From Patescibacteria group bacterium (GTDB lineage Bacteria > Patescibacteriota > Gracilibacteria > Peribacterales > Peribacteraceae), in NCBI GenBank assembly GCA_023263945.1, contig JALQTW010000001.1, forward strand, positions 117,741-181,740: DNA of 64,000 bases, read 5' to 3'. A program made the position numbers and the translations under genes. The notes beneath the pieces are model-generated. The model was not told where the DNA came from. It did not search any database and saw only the letters and a list, made by a program, of their open reading frames with translations. Shown piece after piece: positions 25,674 through 35,649 of this stretch; the stretch's first letter is position 1; each line of letters begins with the position of its first letter.

Positions 25674-27557
25674 ATGAAATCCATCCAGGACTGGGTGAAA
25701 CAAAAGATCAGTCCAACACAACAAAAGAACTCTGTAGCGAATTCACCCGCTATCCAGAGAAATCATTCGCAGAAGCCGCGTGTTCCACATCTGCAAAGAC
25801 CGCAGCAGCGCCCAGGTACTACGCAACGTCCTGGGAATCCTCATCGTCCTCCGCAGACCCAAAAAGAGCGCCCTGTTTCTATGCCGCAAGGCAAGGGACT
25901 TAAAATCTATCCTTTGGGAGGATTTGAAGAAGTAGGACGCAACTGTCTTGTGATAGACGTAGACGGCGACCTCTACATTGTGGATACCGGTCTTCAGTTT
26001 CCCGAAGAAGACATGCCGGGTATCGACTATTTAATTCCTGATATTTCCGCGCTGAAAGGTCGCGAGAAGAACATCAAAGCGATTCTCTTCACGCACGGTC
26101 ACTTGGACCACATTGGTGCCGTACAGCACGTGATTGCGGGACTCCAATTTCCGCCATGTTACGGCACACGCCTGACGATGGCGTTCGTTCGAAAGCGTCT
26201 TGATGAAGAAAAACTCACGAGCCGCACAAAACTGAATGTTGTGGAATTTGGAAAAAAGATTCCTCTGGGTCGTGTACAAGTAGAGTTTCTCCGCGTGACA
26301 CACAGTATTCCAGACTCTGCGGCCATTGCGATCCACACGCCCCACGGGACGATTGTCCACACGGGAGACTTCAAATTCGACTTAACGCCGATGAACGAAC
26401 CTCCTGCAGACTTTCAACGCCTTGCAGAATTGGGTGATGAAGGCGTTCTTGCCATCATCGCAGACTCGACCAATGCAACGAAACCGGGGAATGCACTCTC
26501 TGAGAAAAATATTTCGGAGACACTCTTCAACCTCATGCGTGATGCAAAGGGTCGTCTCATCATTTCTACCTTCAGCTCTCTTCTAAACCGTCTCCAGCAG
26601 ATCATCGAGCATGCAAAGACGCTCAATCGAAAAATCTTCGTTGTGGGTCGTTCCATGGAAGAGAACATTGATATCTGTATGAAGCTTGGGTACATCAATC
26701 CTCCACGTGGACTCATTCGCAAAATGGGACCGGGTATGGAGAAGATTCCCGATCGTGAAATCCTCATTCTCACAACAGGTTCCCAAGGAGAAGAGCGCGC
26801 TGGCCTTGCCCGTATGGGCCTTGGCACGCATCAGCATGTGCGTGTGAAAGAAGGGGATACGGTCGTCTTGAGCAGTAATCCTATTCTTGGAAATGAACGT
26901 GCTGTTGCGAAAGTGGTGAATAATCTCCACTTACTCGGCGCCCGCGTCTTCACGAATCAGGAACTTGCTCTGCACACAACAGGTCACGGGTACGCAAATG
27001 ACATCATGCTCATGCACCGTCTGGTTCGCGCAAAACACATCATTCCAGAACACGGTGAACCATATATGAGAGCTGCGCATGCAGATCTCGCTCGTTCGAT
27101 TGGATACCCGGACAATCAAATCCACTTGCTCACGAACGGAGAAATTCTGGAGTTTGACCAGCAGAAAAATGCACGTCGCTCCAAGACGAAACTTCCCGCC
27201 AACGATATTATGATCGACGGCCACGGAAAAGGTTCTGAAGGGCAGCGCATTCTAGATGATCGTCGCATGATGAGTAATGCCGGTATCATGGTGATTACCA
27301 TCAAAGCGTATGCAGATTCCATGCGCATGATGGGAGATCCACTTCTCCTCTCGCGTGGGCTCATCTACGGTTCCGAGCAGCAATCCATCACGCAAGAGGC
27401 GATTCAGATAGCCAAAAAAGCGTATCAAGAAGAGCTGGATCGTGGGGAAAAAAGCATCAAGAACCTCAAATATGCTGTCTCCGGCGCTTTATTCCGATTC
27501 TTCCGAAAGAAATTGGATAGAGAGCCGATGGTGATGCCGATTATAGTGGAGGTTTAA
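25674..27557 (+). CDS. rnj: ribonuclease J (metallo-beta-lactamase / beta-CASP)
   Basis: 627 aa. FTHGHLDHIGAV motif with beta-CASP and C-terminal domains. It has an unusual roughly 70-aa basic Pro/Gln-rich N-terminal extension. Confidence 0.85.
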   Translation: MKSIQDWVKQKISPTQQKNSVANSPAIQRNHSQKPRVPHLQRPQQRPGTTQRPGNPHRPPQTQKERPVSMPQGKGLKIYPLGGFEEVGRNCLVIDVDGDLYIVDTGLQFPEEDMPGIDYLIPDISALKGREKNIKAILFTHGHLDHIGAVQHVIAGLQFPPCYGTRLTMAFVRKRLDEEKLTSRTKLNVVEFGKKIPLGRVQVEFLRVTHSIPDSAAIAIHTPHGTIVHTGDFKFDLTPMNEPPADFQRLAELGDEGVLAIIADSTNATKPGNALSEKNISETLFNLMRDAKGRLIISTFSSLLNRLQQIIEHAKTLNRKIFVVGRSMEENIDICMKLGYINPPRGLIRKMGPGMEKIPDREILILTTGSQGEERAGLARMGLGTHQHVRVKEGDTVVLSSNPILGNERAVAKVVNNLHLLGARVFTNQELALHTTGHGYANDIMLMHRLVRAKHIIPEHGEPYMRAAHADLARSIGYPDNQIHLLTNGEILEFDQQKNARRSKTKLPANDIMIDGHGKGSEGQRILDDRRMMSNAGIMVITIKAYADSMRMMGDPLLLSRGLIYGSEQQSITQEAIQIAKKAYQEELDRGEKSIKNLKYAVSGALFRFFRKKLDREPMVMPIIVEV

Positions 27558-27596
27558 ACAAGGGAATGCTCGGCAAATGAAAAGGAGTGATGAAAA

Positions 27597-27662
27597 GTTA
27601 TTAGTTTTTAGTTATTGGTTCTTAGAAAAGAAACCAAAAACTAATAACCAACAACCAAAAAA
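27597..27662. repeat. quasi-palindrome between the convergent genes rnj and pyrC
   Basis: GTTATTAGTTTTTAGTTATTGGTTCTTAG ... CCAAAAACTAATAACCAACAACCAAAAAA. GTTATTAGTTTTT (27597-27609) pairs perfectly with AAAAACTAATAAC (27636-27648). Confidence 0.7.
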
Positions 27663-27665
27663 TCC

Positions 27666-28937
27666 TCAGTTGATGACTTTCATCACCCGCCCCTTCACTT
27701 TCATTCCTTCGAACGGCGTCCATCCACATTTGGAATGAAGATCCTTCGCATGAATAGTCCATTCAACGTTTGGATCGATGATGACGATCGATGATGTTCC
27801 AACTTCGATCGGGTTTTTTTCGAGATGGAAGATTCTGTTTGGATTTTCGAAACATAATCGGTAAAGATCGATCGGTGATAGTTTTTTGAGCAACAGAGGG
27901 ATCATCGTCTCCACTCCCGGTACGCCACTCAGCGCTTTAAGAGGATCTCCTGCCTGTTTTTCCGCAAGCGTATGCGGTGCGTGATCTGTTGCGATGCAAT
28001 CCACAGTGCCATCGTGAATGCCTTTCCAAAGAGCTTCCTGATGATCTTTTGTTCGAAGTGGGGGGTTCATCTTCCCAAGTGTTCCGAGTTTTTTGTAATC
28101 ATCGACCGTGAGAAACAAATGATGCGGAGCAACTTCACAAGTGATGGTCACTCCTTCTTTCTTCGCTGCTCTTACGAGATCAATCCCTTGCTTTGTTGAA
28201 AGATGTGCAACGTGAAAGTGTGTTTTGTATTTCTTCGCGAGATCGATTGCGTGTTGGATCGCTTTTGCCTCTGCCTCAGGAGGACGTCGCTCCGAGTGAG
28301 TCGCAACAGATGTTTCTTTACTATCCGCTACCCGCTGAACGCTACCCGCTATCGTACCAGCATCTTCACAGTGCCCCACAAGCGTGATGCCAAGCTCTGC
28401 ACATGCTTCGAACACCGCAGGAAGAAGCCCTTCTTCAATCTTCTGGTTTCCGGTGGAGTGATCGAAATAGACTTTCACACCACAGCAGCGCTTCCGAAGC
28501 CTCTGCATCTCTTCGGAGGAACTTGTGAAGAGCTCACGGAGCCCTAATAGATGCTCTTCTTTCGTAATGCCGAAGAAGAAACGAAGATCGATGTCATGAA
28601 TCTCCGATGCACGTCTTACTTTGTCAGCGAGTGCAGCAACTGTCACCGTTGGAGGATTCGTATTCGGCATTTCACACACCGTGAGTACTCCTCCCGCTCT
28701 TGCAGAGGCTGCTTCTGTCTTCATCGTTGCTTTTTCTTCATAGCCTGGCTCCCGAAAATGCACATGACAATCGATGAAGCCGGGGAAGATGAGCTTCCCA
28801 GAAGCATCGATCGTTTCATCGGCAGGTGTATCAATCAATCCGATCTCCACAATCCTTCCATCGCGGAGCAGAAGATCTGCTTCCTCCAAACCGTCCGAGC
28901 GGATGATGGTGCCATTTTTAATGAGAATGCTCGTCAT
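27666..28937 (-). CDS. pyrC: dihydroorotase
   Basis: 423 aa. PGFIDCHVHFREPG metal-binding motif with amidohydrolase fold signatures throughout. Confidence 0.85.
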   Translation of the reverse strand: MTSILIKNGTIIRSDGLEEADLLLRDGRIVEIGLIDTPADETIDASGKLIFPGFIDCHVHFREPGYEEKATMKTEAASARAGGVLTVCEMPNTNPPTVTVAALADKVRRASEIHDIDLRFFFGITKEEHLLGLRELFTSSSEEMQRLRKRCCGVKVYFDHSTGNQKIEEGLLPAVFEACAELGITLVGHCEDAGTIAGSVQRVADSKETSVATHSERRPPEAEAKAIQHAIDLAKKYKTHFHVAHLSTKQGIDLVRAAKKEGVTITCEVAPHHLFLTVDDYKKLGTLGKMNPPLRTKDHQEALWKGIHDGTVDCIATDHAPHTLAEKQAGDPLKALSGVPGVETMIPLLLKKLSPIDLYRLCFENPNRIFHLEKNPIEVGTSSIVIIDPNVEWTIHAKDLHSKCGWTPFEGMKVKGRVMKVIN

Positions 28938-28942
28938 CGTGT

Positions 28943-29041
28943 AGATATAAGATATAAGACTTAAGACGTAAGTTGAAAGCTAGAAAATAGAAGGGACACG
29001 TTTTTGGTTTCTTAAGTCTTTTATCTTCTGTCTTAGATCTT
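28943..29041. repeat. quasi-palindrome inside the pyrB-pyrC intercistronic spacer
   Basis: AGATATAAGATATAAGACTTAAGACGTAAG ... CTTAAGTCTTTTATCTTCTGTCTTAGATCTT. The core AAGACTTAAG (28956-28965) pairs perfectly with CTTAAGTCTT (29011-29020). Confidence 0.65.
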
Positions 29042-29064
29042 TTCATAACAATATCAACCTTCAC

Positions 29065-29982
29065 CTACGCTTTTCCAAGCAACATTGCTACAAGCGCCAT
29101 GCGTACAGCGATGCCATTTCCCGCTTGCCTGAAATATGCGGCATTGGGCAATACGTCCACATCATTCGTGATTTCTCCCACACGGGGGAGTGGATGCATG
29201 ATGGTTGCCTTTGTTTTTTCTGCGAACTCCTTCCTCACAATGTACTTCAGCTTCAGGCGTTCATATTCCTTGGGATCGTCAAATCGTTCCTTTTGGACAC
29301 GTGTGACGTAAAGCACGTCAGCCTTGAGTGCATCTTCCAGATCATCCGTTTCCGTAAAGGAAATTCCTTTTTCCTTGTAGTACGATGTTACCTTCTCGGG
29401 CATCGTCAGTTCCTTTGGTGACACCAGTGTGCAATGGATATCTTTATAGAGTCCCAGCAGATACGAGAGGGAATGGACTGTGCGTCCAAATTTTAGATCT
29501 CCGACCATCGCAATGCGGAGTCCATCAACCTTTTTGCGCTCCTTCTGGATGGTATACAGATCCAACAGTGCTTGCGTTGGGTGTTGCCCAGGACCATCTC
29601 CCGCGTTGATGAAGGGGACGGAGCTTACTTTTGCTGCGCGTTCGGCGCTTCCTTGTTCCGGGTGACGCATGCAAATGATGTCTGCGTACTGGCTCGCAAC
29701 GACCATCGTGTCTTCAACAGATTCTCCTTTATAGAGAGAGCTAAATTGCAATCCATCCGCAGTCACTTTTGTTCCGCCAAGACGGAGCATGGCTGTTTCA
29801 AAGCTTAATCGTGTTCGTGTGGATGGTTCATAAAAAAGAGAGGCGAGGATTTTTCCTTTCAAAAGGTCCGATCCACCTTTCTTCAAAACTTGTTCCATAT
29901 CTGCGCTCACACTCATGATTAAATCGGTGTCTTTACGGGTCAGTTGCCGTGTCGACACCAGGTGTTTAAAGGGAAGGGGCAT
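29065..29982 (-). CDS. pyrB: aspartate carbamoyltransferase catalytic subunit
   Basis: 305 aa. FYEPSTRTRLSFE, HPTQALLD and HPLPR motifs. Confidence 0.9.
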   Translation of the reverse strand: MPLPFKHLVSTRQLTRKDTDLIMSVSADMEQVLKKGGSDLLKGKILASLFYEPSTRTRLSFETAMLRLGGTKVTADGLQFSSLYKGESVEDTMVVASQYADIICMRHPEQGSAERAAKVSSVPFINAGDGPGQHPTQALLDLYTIQKERKKVDGLRIAMVGDLKFGRTVHSLSYLLGLYKDIHCTLVSPKELTMPEKVTSYYKEKGISFTETDDLEDALKADVLYVTRVQKERFDDPKEYERLKLKYIVRKEFAEKTKATIMHPLPRVGEITNDVDVLPNAAYFRQAGNGIAVRMALVAMLLGKA

Positions 29983-30396
29983 CTAAGATGAAAGTGTAGC
30001 GGTTCCGAGAGATGTTGTCGATGAGGAACGCAGTTCATTCTTACTGGCAAGTTGCGCTCTTGCCCTCTTATAAAATACGTGTAGATCTTCTTTATATCGT
30101 TTCTTTGCTGTATCGAAATCTACCGCACCATTCAATACATATTGGATGAGTGTTTGATAATATTCTGTATTTCCTTGTGTATAGTCCTGGATACTTGGTT
30201 TTATAATGCGGCCGCTTCCACGTTCGTAATACCCCGAAAGATTGCATTGATTTCTTGCTTCTTCTTCCGTTTCTACCCCAATACTTTGTAGCCAAAATCG
30301 ATATAATCGATAATTCTCTTCGAGATAAGGAAGCTGAGCAGATACTTCTTGTAAGTCGTCCGGAGGCAGAAGCCGCAAGTGGAGCTCTTTTGACAT
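29983..30396 (-). CDS. hypothetical protein (137 aa), first gene of the pyrB-pyrC transcription unit
   Basis: Its stop codon directly abuts the pyrB ATG. No recognisable family. Confidence 0.5.
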   Translation of the reverse strand: MSKELHLRLLPPDDLQEVSAQLPYLEENYRLYRFWLQSIGVETEEEARNQCNLSGYYERGSGRIIKPSIQDYTQGNTEYYQTLIQYVLNGAVDFDTAKKRYKEDLHVFYKRARAQLASKNELRSSSTTSLGTATLSS

Positions 30397-30403
30397 TATT
30401 AAT

Positions 30404-30432
30404 ATTTAACATTAAAAATAATAAAATGTCAA
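30404..30432 (-). promoter_or_regulatory. candidate leaderless promoter (TTGACA-17-TTAAAT-7 nt-ATG)
   Basis: Read on the minus strand: -35 at 30427-30432, -10 at 30404-30409, ATG at 30396. Confidence 0.5.
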
Positions 30433-30455
30433 TATACCTGTATACTTGCATTATT

Positions 30456-31196
30456 ATGCCTCTAAAGCAGGATACATTAAAGCAGTTCGTCAAGGCAGGG
30501 GAACAGAAAACAGTGTTTCTTTTGCTTGATGAAGCGTCCTCGAGGGAATGTGTTTTCATTTTGGAAGATCATGCGGATATTCATGTGGTTGTTCTCGCGC
30601 AGGGATCTGGATCGTTCTCGTATCGGTCGAGCCTTGCAGATCATGCTCATATTCATTGGCACATCATCACAAAAGGATCGAACGATGCACATCATGAACT
30701 TATTTCCGAATGCACAGGTGATGATGCTGTGAGCACAGTCGACTGGATTTTTCTTGCGAAGAAGGAAGAAAAAATGGACATCAGTGTGAAGAATGTCTTT
30801 TTAGGAAAACGTGGAGGAGGAGAAGTGACTATCAAAGGAATTGCGCAGGAGAAGGGGAATGTACGAGCGTATGGCTTGATCGATATTGGGCCACAAGGGG
30901 GTGGAACGAATACATACCTTACAGAAGATGTGTTGATGCTGGATCCCACCGCAAAAGTGGATGCCATTCCCGCACTGGAAATTAAAACGAATGATGTGAA
31001 AGCGAGTCACAGTGCAACGGTAAGTAGAGTGACGGAGGAGGATTTGTTTTATTTTGCTGCACGAGGTATTGCAGAAAAACAAGCACGGAGAATGTACGTG
31101 GATGGTTTTTTAAGCGATCTTCTTATCAAGATTCCCACTCCTGCATTTCAGGAGAAAGTAGCGATTGCCCTTCAGCAGAACACAACGTTCCATTAA
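30456..31196 (+). CDS. sufD: SufD/SufB-family Fe-S assembly protein (short, SufD-like)
   Basis: The internal ATG at 30456 gives MPLKQDTLKQF.... The C-terminal block DAIPALEIKTNDVKASHSATVSRVTEEDLFYFAARGIAEKQARRMYVDGF is typical of SufB/D. TATACT lies 9 nt before the ATG. Confidence 0.7.
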   Translation: MPLKQDTLKQFVKAGEQKTVFLLLDEASSRECVFILEDHADIHVVVLAQGSGSFSYRSSLADHAHIHWHIITKGSNDAHHELISECTGDDAVSTVDWIFLAKKEEKMDISVKNVFLGKRGGGEVTIKGIAQEKGNVRAYGLIDIGPQGGGTNTYLTEDVLMLDPTAKVDAIPALEIKTNDVKASHSATVSRVTEEDLFYFAARGIAEKQARRMYVDGFLSDLLIKIPTPAFQEKVAIALQQNTTFH

Positions 31197-31500
31197 GTGC
31201 CATCCAGGTTCTTTTGCGATATACCGTTACTTCTCCCCCCTGAAGTGTTGGTACATGTAACGTGACTTCAACTTCTATGGCATTTCTATCCAGATCAAAC
31301 TGTCCTGAGCACACATAATGGATGCCCTGCCTAAATTCCTCTCGTGTTGCAGGAATATGCACTTTCTTCCCTTCAAATGTTGTCTCTCCGCCCTGACAGA
31401 ATATCTCTCCTTCTAATTCATCCCACAATAACTCTTCTACCCGATGTTGAACGTCAGGCTCTGGGGTATAAGAAGCAATTTCTAAAGTTCTTTTATACAC
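31126..31500 (-). CDS. hypothetical protein (124 aa)
   Basis: An ORF immediately downstream of the 16S gene on the same strand. It overlaps the convergent sufD-like 3' end by 71 nt. Confidence 0.4.
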   Translation of the reverse strand: MYKRTLEIASYTPEPDVQHRVEELLWDELEGEIFCQGGETTFEGKKVHIPATREEFRQGIHYVCSGQFDLDRNAIEVEVTLHVPTLQGGEVTVYRKRTWMALNGTLCSAEGQSLLSPEMQEWES

Positions 31501-31567
31501 TGCTCATGTTGTACTCTTCTCTTCTTGAAAATCAAGATATGAAAAAGCACATCGCTCAAATTCACTT

Positions 31568-31583
31568 CATCGTGTAGTAGAGA
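31568..31583 (-). other. 3' half of the 16S precursor processing stem
   Basis: CATCGTGTAGTAGAGA on the plus strand is the exact reverse complement of 33410-33425. Confidence 0.7.
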
Positions 31584-31774
31584 TTCAACAACCTATCGAG
31601 CCTCCATCGTCTTTCAGACTCCAGCTTCCCCAAGAGGGGAGAGGCTGAAATCTGATGACGAGGAGTGTATCCTCGTTCAATTGGCAATTTTTTGTCCATC
31701 CGCGTAAACGCAGACGAGATCAAAGCATCATCACCTGATACGGGTGAGAGGATGCGCCAGAGAAAACTCCCTGG

Positions 31775-33242
<1,468 letters not shown>

Positions 33243-33409
33243 GAATTCTTTCCTCATCGCGGCGATTGCGGCGAAGTCCGTAAGGACGAAGCCGGAAGCC
33301 GGATGATGGTCATTAAAGTGACCGATAGTGTGGATTCATTATTTAGCGTGGCGAATACCAAACCACGTTTAAACTCAATATAAATAGATAGAGTATTTGG
33401 TCGTATATG

Positions 33410-33425
33410 TCTCTACTACACGATG
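33410..33425 (-). other. 5' half of the 16S precursor processing stem
   Basis: TCTCTACTACACGATG on the plus strand is a 16/16 complement of 31568-31583. The two halves bracket the mature 16S, as expected for an RNase III stem. Confidence 0.7.
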
Positions 33426-33537
33426 CTGTGAAGGAGCGTGTGTGAGGCTCGTCCCAAACGGGATGAGTCACGCGCTCCTCATGTTATTGAGAGCGTGTAG
33501 CCACGAAAGAATGGAGTGGCGTTCTCACAGCCGCGTT

Positions 33538-33566
33538 ATCTTAATAAGGGGAGGGAGCAGCGTCAA
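33538..33566 (-). promoter_or_regulatory. candidate 16S rRNA promoter (TTGACG-17-TAAGAT)
   Basis: Read on the minus strand: -35 at 33561-33566 and -10 at 33538-33543, upstream of the processing-stem 5' half. Confidence 0.4.
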
Positions 33567-33603
33567 GGGTAGAAGGGGACTTTTTAGTGGGGCTTTTTCA
33601 TGC

Positions 33604-33633
33604 TTGACGATCATAGTCTCTGTGAAATACAGT
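33604..33633 (+). promoter_or_regulatory. candidate rpsF promoter (TTGACG-18-TACAGT) with a roughly 45-nt leader
   Basis: TTGACG at 33604-33609 and TACAGT at 33628-33633, preceded by TGTGAAA. Confidence 0.35.
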
Positions 33634-33685
33634 ACGGCTCCGCTTCCCCTTCTGCATTTGCAGGACGGGCTCGCCCACAAGCACT

Positions 33686-34243
33686 ATGCCAACTCTCATT
33701 CCATCATCGGAAGACACGAAAGTGTACGAGGTCTGTGTGATGACACAGCCCGATTTAATGGAAAAGGCAGAGAATCAATTGAATAAAGAGATTGATGGCA
33801 TTTTCAGTGAAGCAGGTGCCAAGGTTGTGTTCAAAGATTTGTGGGGCAAGCGCGGGCTTGCGTACAAAGTGGGTGGTCATGACGAGGGAAAGTTCACCGT
33901 GTTTTACATCGATGCAGATCCATCAAAAATTCGCGCTTTGGACTCGGCACTTCGTCTTGAAAAAGGAGTTCTTCGTCATATGATCGTTATCCCTCCCAAA
34001 GGATACGAAGCAGTGAGTTATGCAGAGAAGTACGAAGCATGGCTCAAGAACCGCGAAACCATGAGCGAAATGCGCGCACGCGAAAAGGCAGAGAAGATGG
34101 AAGAGCGCGTTCGTGAGAAGGCAAAGATGGAAGCAAAGCGCATGGAGGCAAAGAAGAAAGAGAAAAAGGTTGCACCCAAGGCTCCTGCTGCATCGCTTGA
34201 TACAGAACTGGATAAACTTCTTTCGGATCAAGACCTCATCTAA
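33686..34243 (+). CDS. rpsF: 30S ribosomal protein S6 with a Lys/Glu-rich C-terminal extension
   Basis: YEVCVMTQPDL ... WGKRGLAYKV..H.EG.F.VFY core, followed by a roughly 80-aa charged tail. Confidence 0.85.
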   Translation: MPTLIPSSEDTKVYEVCVMTQPDLMEKAENQLNKEIDGIFSEAGAKVVFKDLWGKRGLAYKVGGHDEGKFTVFYIDADPSKIRALDSALRLEKGVLRHMIVIPPKGYEAVSYAEKYEAWLKNRETMSEMRAREKAEKMEERVREKAKMEAKRMEAKKKEKKVAPKAPAASLDTELDKLLSDQDLI

Positions 34244-34245
34244 CT

Positions 34246-34488
34246 ATGGCTCACAAGAAGCAACAACAGCAACAGCAAACGCCTCCTGGCCACAAGCCAT
34301 GCCCATTCTGCGGTACAGAGGTAAAGTACTTTGATTACAAAGACTACCCCACACTCAAGCCCTATATCGACTATTTCGGAAACATCCGCAAGCGCTATTA
34401 CACAGGAGTCTGCTTGAAGCACCAGAAGATGTTGAAGACGGCAATCGAACGAGCGAGGTTTATGGCGATGTTGGCGTATCGCAAGTAG
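34246..34488 (+). CDS. rpsR: 30S ribosomal protein S18
   Basis: 80 aa. CPFCGTEVKYFDYKDYPTLKPYI ... RKRYYTGVCLKHQKMLKTAIERARFMAML. Confidence 0.9.
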   Translation: MAHKKQQQQQQTPPGHKPCPFCGTEVKYFDYKDYPTLKPYIDYFGNIRKRYYTGVCLKHQKMLKTAIERARFMAMLAYRK

Positions 34489-34568
34489 TTACACGGTAGC
34501 AGGTTACATGGTAGCAAGATGTGACTTGCATTTTTTATCGTGCAACGTGCTACCCTGCAACGTGCAAC
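34488..34568. repeat. quasi-palindrome after rpsR with a small terminator at its centre
   Basis: Arms are GTTACACGGTAGCAGGTTACATGGTAGCA (34488-34516) and TGCAACGTGCTACCCTGCAACGTGCAAC (34541-34568), built from GTTRCA/GGTAGCA words. The centre is GCAAG-ATGTGA-CTTGC plus ATTTTTT (34514-34536). Confidence 0.6.
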
Positions 34569-34598
34569 TTTCATTCATCACTTGTTCAAATTCTACAT

Positions 34599-35315
34599 AT
34601 GTCGGGTCACAGCAAATGGCATAACATTCGGGTCAAGAAAAATGCTAGCGATGCAAAGCGTGGAAAGATTTATACGCGCCATGCACGCTTGATCGAAATT
34701 GCTGCACGAACGGGTGGAGACCCTACATCGAACACTACTCTTCGAACAGCCATCGACAACGCGAAAGCGGAGAATGTACCGAATGACAATATCGACCGTG
34801 CCATCAAGAAGGGAACAGGTGAGCTGAAAGGAGAAGCGATGCAGGAAGTAGTGTATGAGGCCTATGGCCCGGGAGGGGCGGCATTCATTATTGCGTGTTT
34901 AACGGATAACAAGAACCGGACACTCTCAAATGTAAAACTCGTGCTTACAAAAAACGGAGGAAGGTTTGCAGAGAGTGGATCGGTCGTATGGATGTTCGAA
35001 CGAAAAGGATTGATTGTCGCTTCCGGCATTCCTTCGGAGAAGGTTGAAGAGATCGAATTAGAATTGATCGACGTGGGTGCGGATGATTTTTCCTTTGATG
35101 ATGGTCACTTGGAAGTGATCACAGCGATGTCCAAATGGACAGCCGTGCGCAATGCATTGAAATCGGAGGGATTTTCGATTGAATCAGCAGGGCTCTCGTT
35201 TATCCCAAAAGATCCACATTTGGTCGATGAAGAAATGATGGGAAAAATCGAGAAACTCATTGAAGCGCTTGAAGAAGACGATGACGTGAGTGAAGTGTTT
35301 ACGAATGCGCAATGA
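34599..35315 (+). CDS. yebC: YebC/PmpR-family transcriptional regulator
   Basis: The internal ATG at 34599 gives MSGHSKWHNIRVKKNASDAKRGKIYTRHARLIEIAAR..., a family hallmark. Confidence 0.85.
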   Translation: MSGHSKWHNIRVKKNASDAKRGKIYTRHARLIEIAARTGGDPTSNTTLRTAIDNAKAENVPNDNIDRAIKKGTGELKGEAMQEVVYEAYGPGGAAFIIACLTDNKNRTLSNVKLVLTKNGGRFAESGSVVWMFERKGLIVASGIPSEKVEEIELELIDVGADDFSFDDGHLEVITAMSKWTAVRNALKSEGFSIESAGLSFIPKDPHLVDEEMMGKIEKLIEALEEDDDVSEVFTNAQ

Positions 35316-35325
35316 AAGCGTATAT

Positions 35326-35649
35326 CTACATTTCCTCAATTCTTACGCCATCGGTTATTGTTATGCCTTTCCTCTCAGCTTGTTCGAATAACTGTCGCAT
35401 TTTTGCGTTTTCAACCTCCCAAAGCTGTCTCACCACATTGGAAGGAAGAGACTGGAGTGTTCTTGCGGCATATGTTAAATTGTGCACGTCGCATCGATTT
35501 GATGTAACGCCGCCCCTTCTTCGTGGCTGAAATACCATTATGAGTAGTTTACCCTTGTCTCCTGTCACCATGTCAAGAGGGCGCGTGATGATATGGGCGA
35601 GATATTTACAAATGCGTGATAGAGAAAAAACGATCAGATAATCGGTCAA
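35326..35649 (-). CDS. hypothetical protein (107 aa)
   Basis: A TTG-start ORF overlapping the PBP stop codon. Lower GC. No family recognised. Real start uncertain. Confidence 0.3.
   Translation of the reverse strand: MTDYLIVFSLSRICKYLAHIITRPLDMVTGDKGKLLIMVFQPRRRGGVTSNRCDVHNLTYAARTLQSLPSNVVRQLWEVENAKMRQLFEQAERKGITITDGVRIEEM

Noticed and set aside
35312-35530. 72-aa plus-strand ORF after yebC
   Set aside because: It has an implausible hydrophobic/Cys-rich composition and overlaps a longer minus-strand ORF that is coupled to the PBP gene. Neither is strongly supported, and only the minus-strand ORF is listed, at low confidence.
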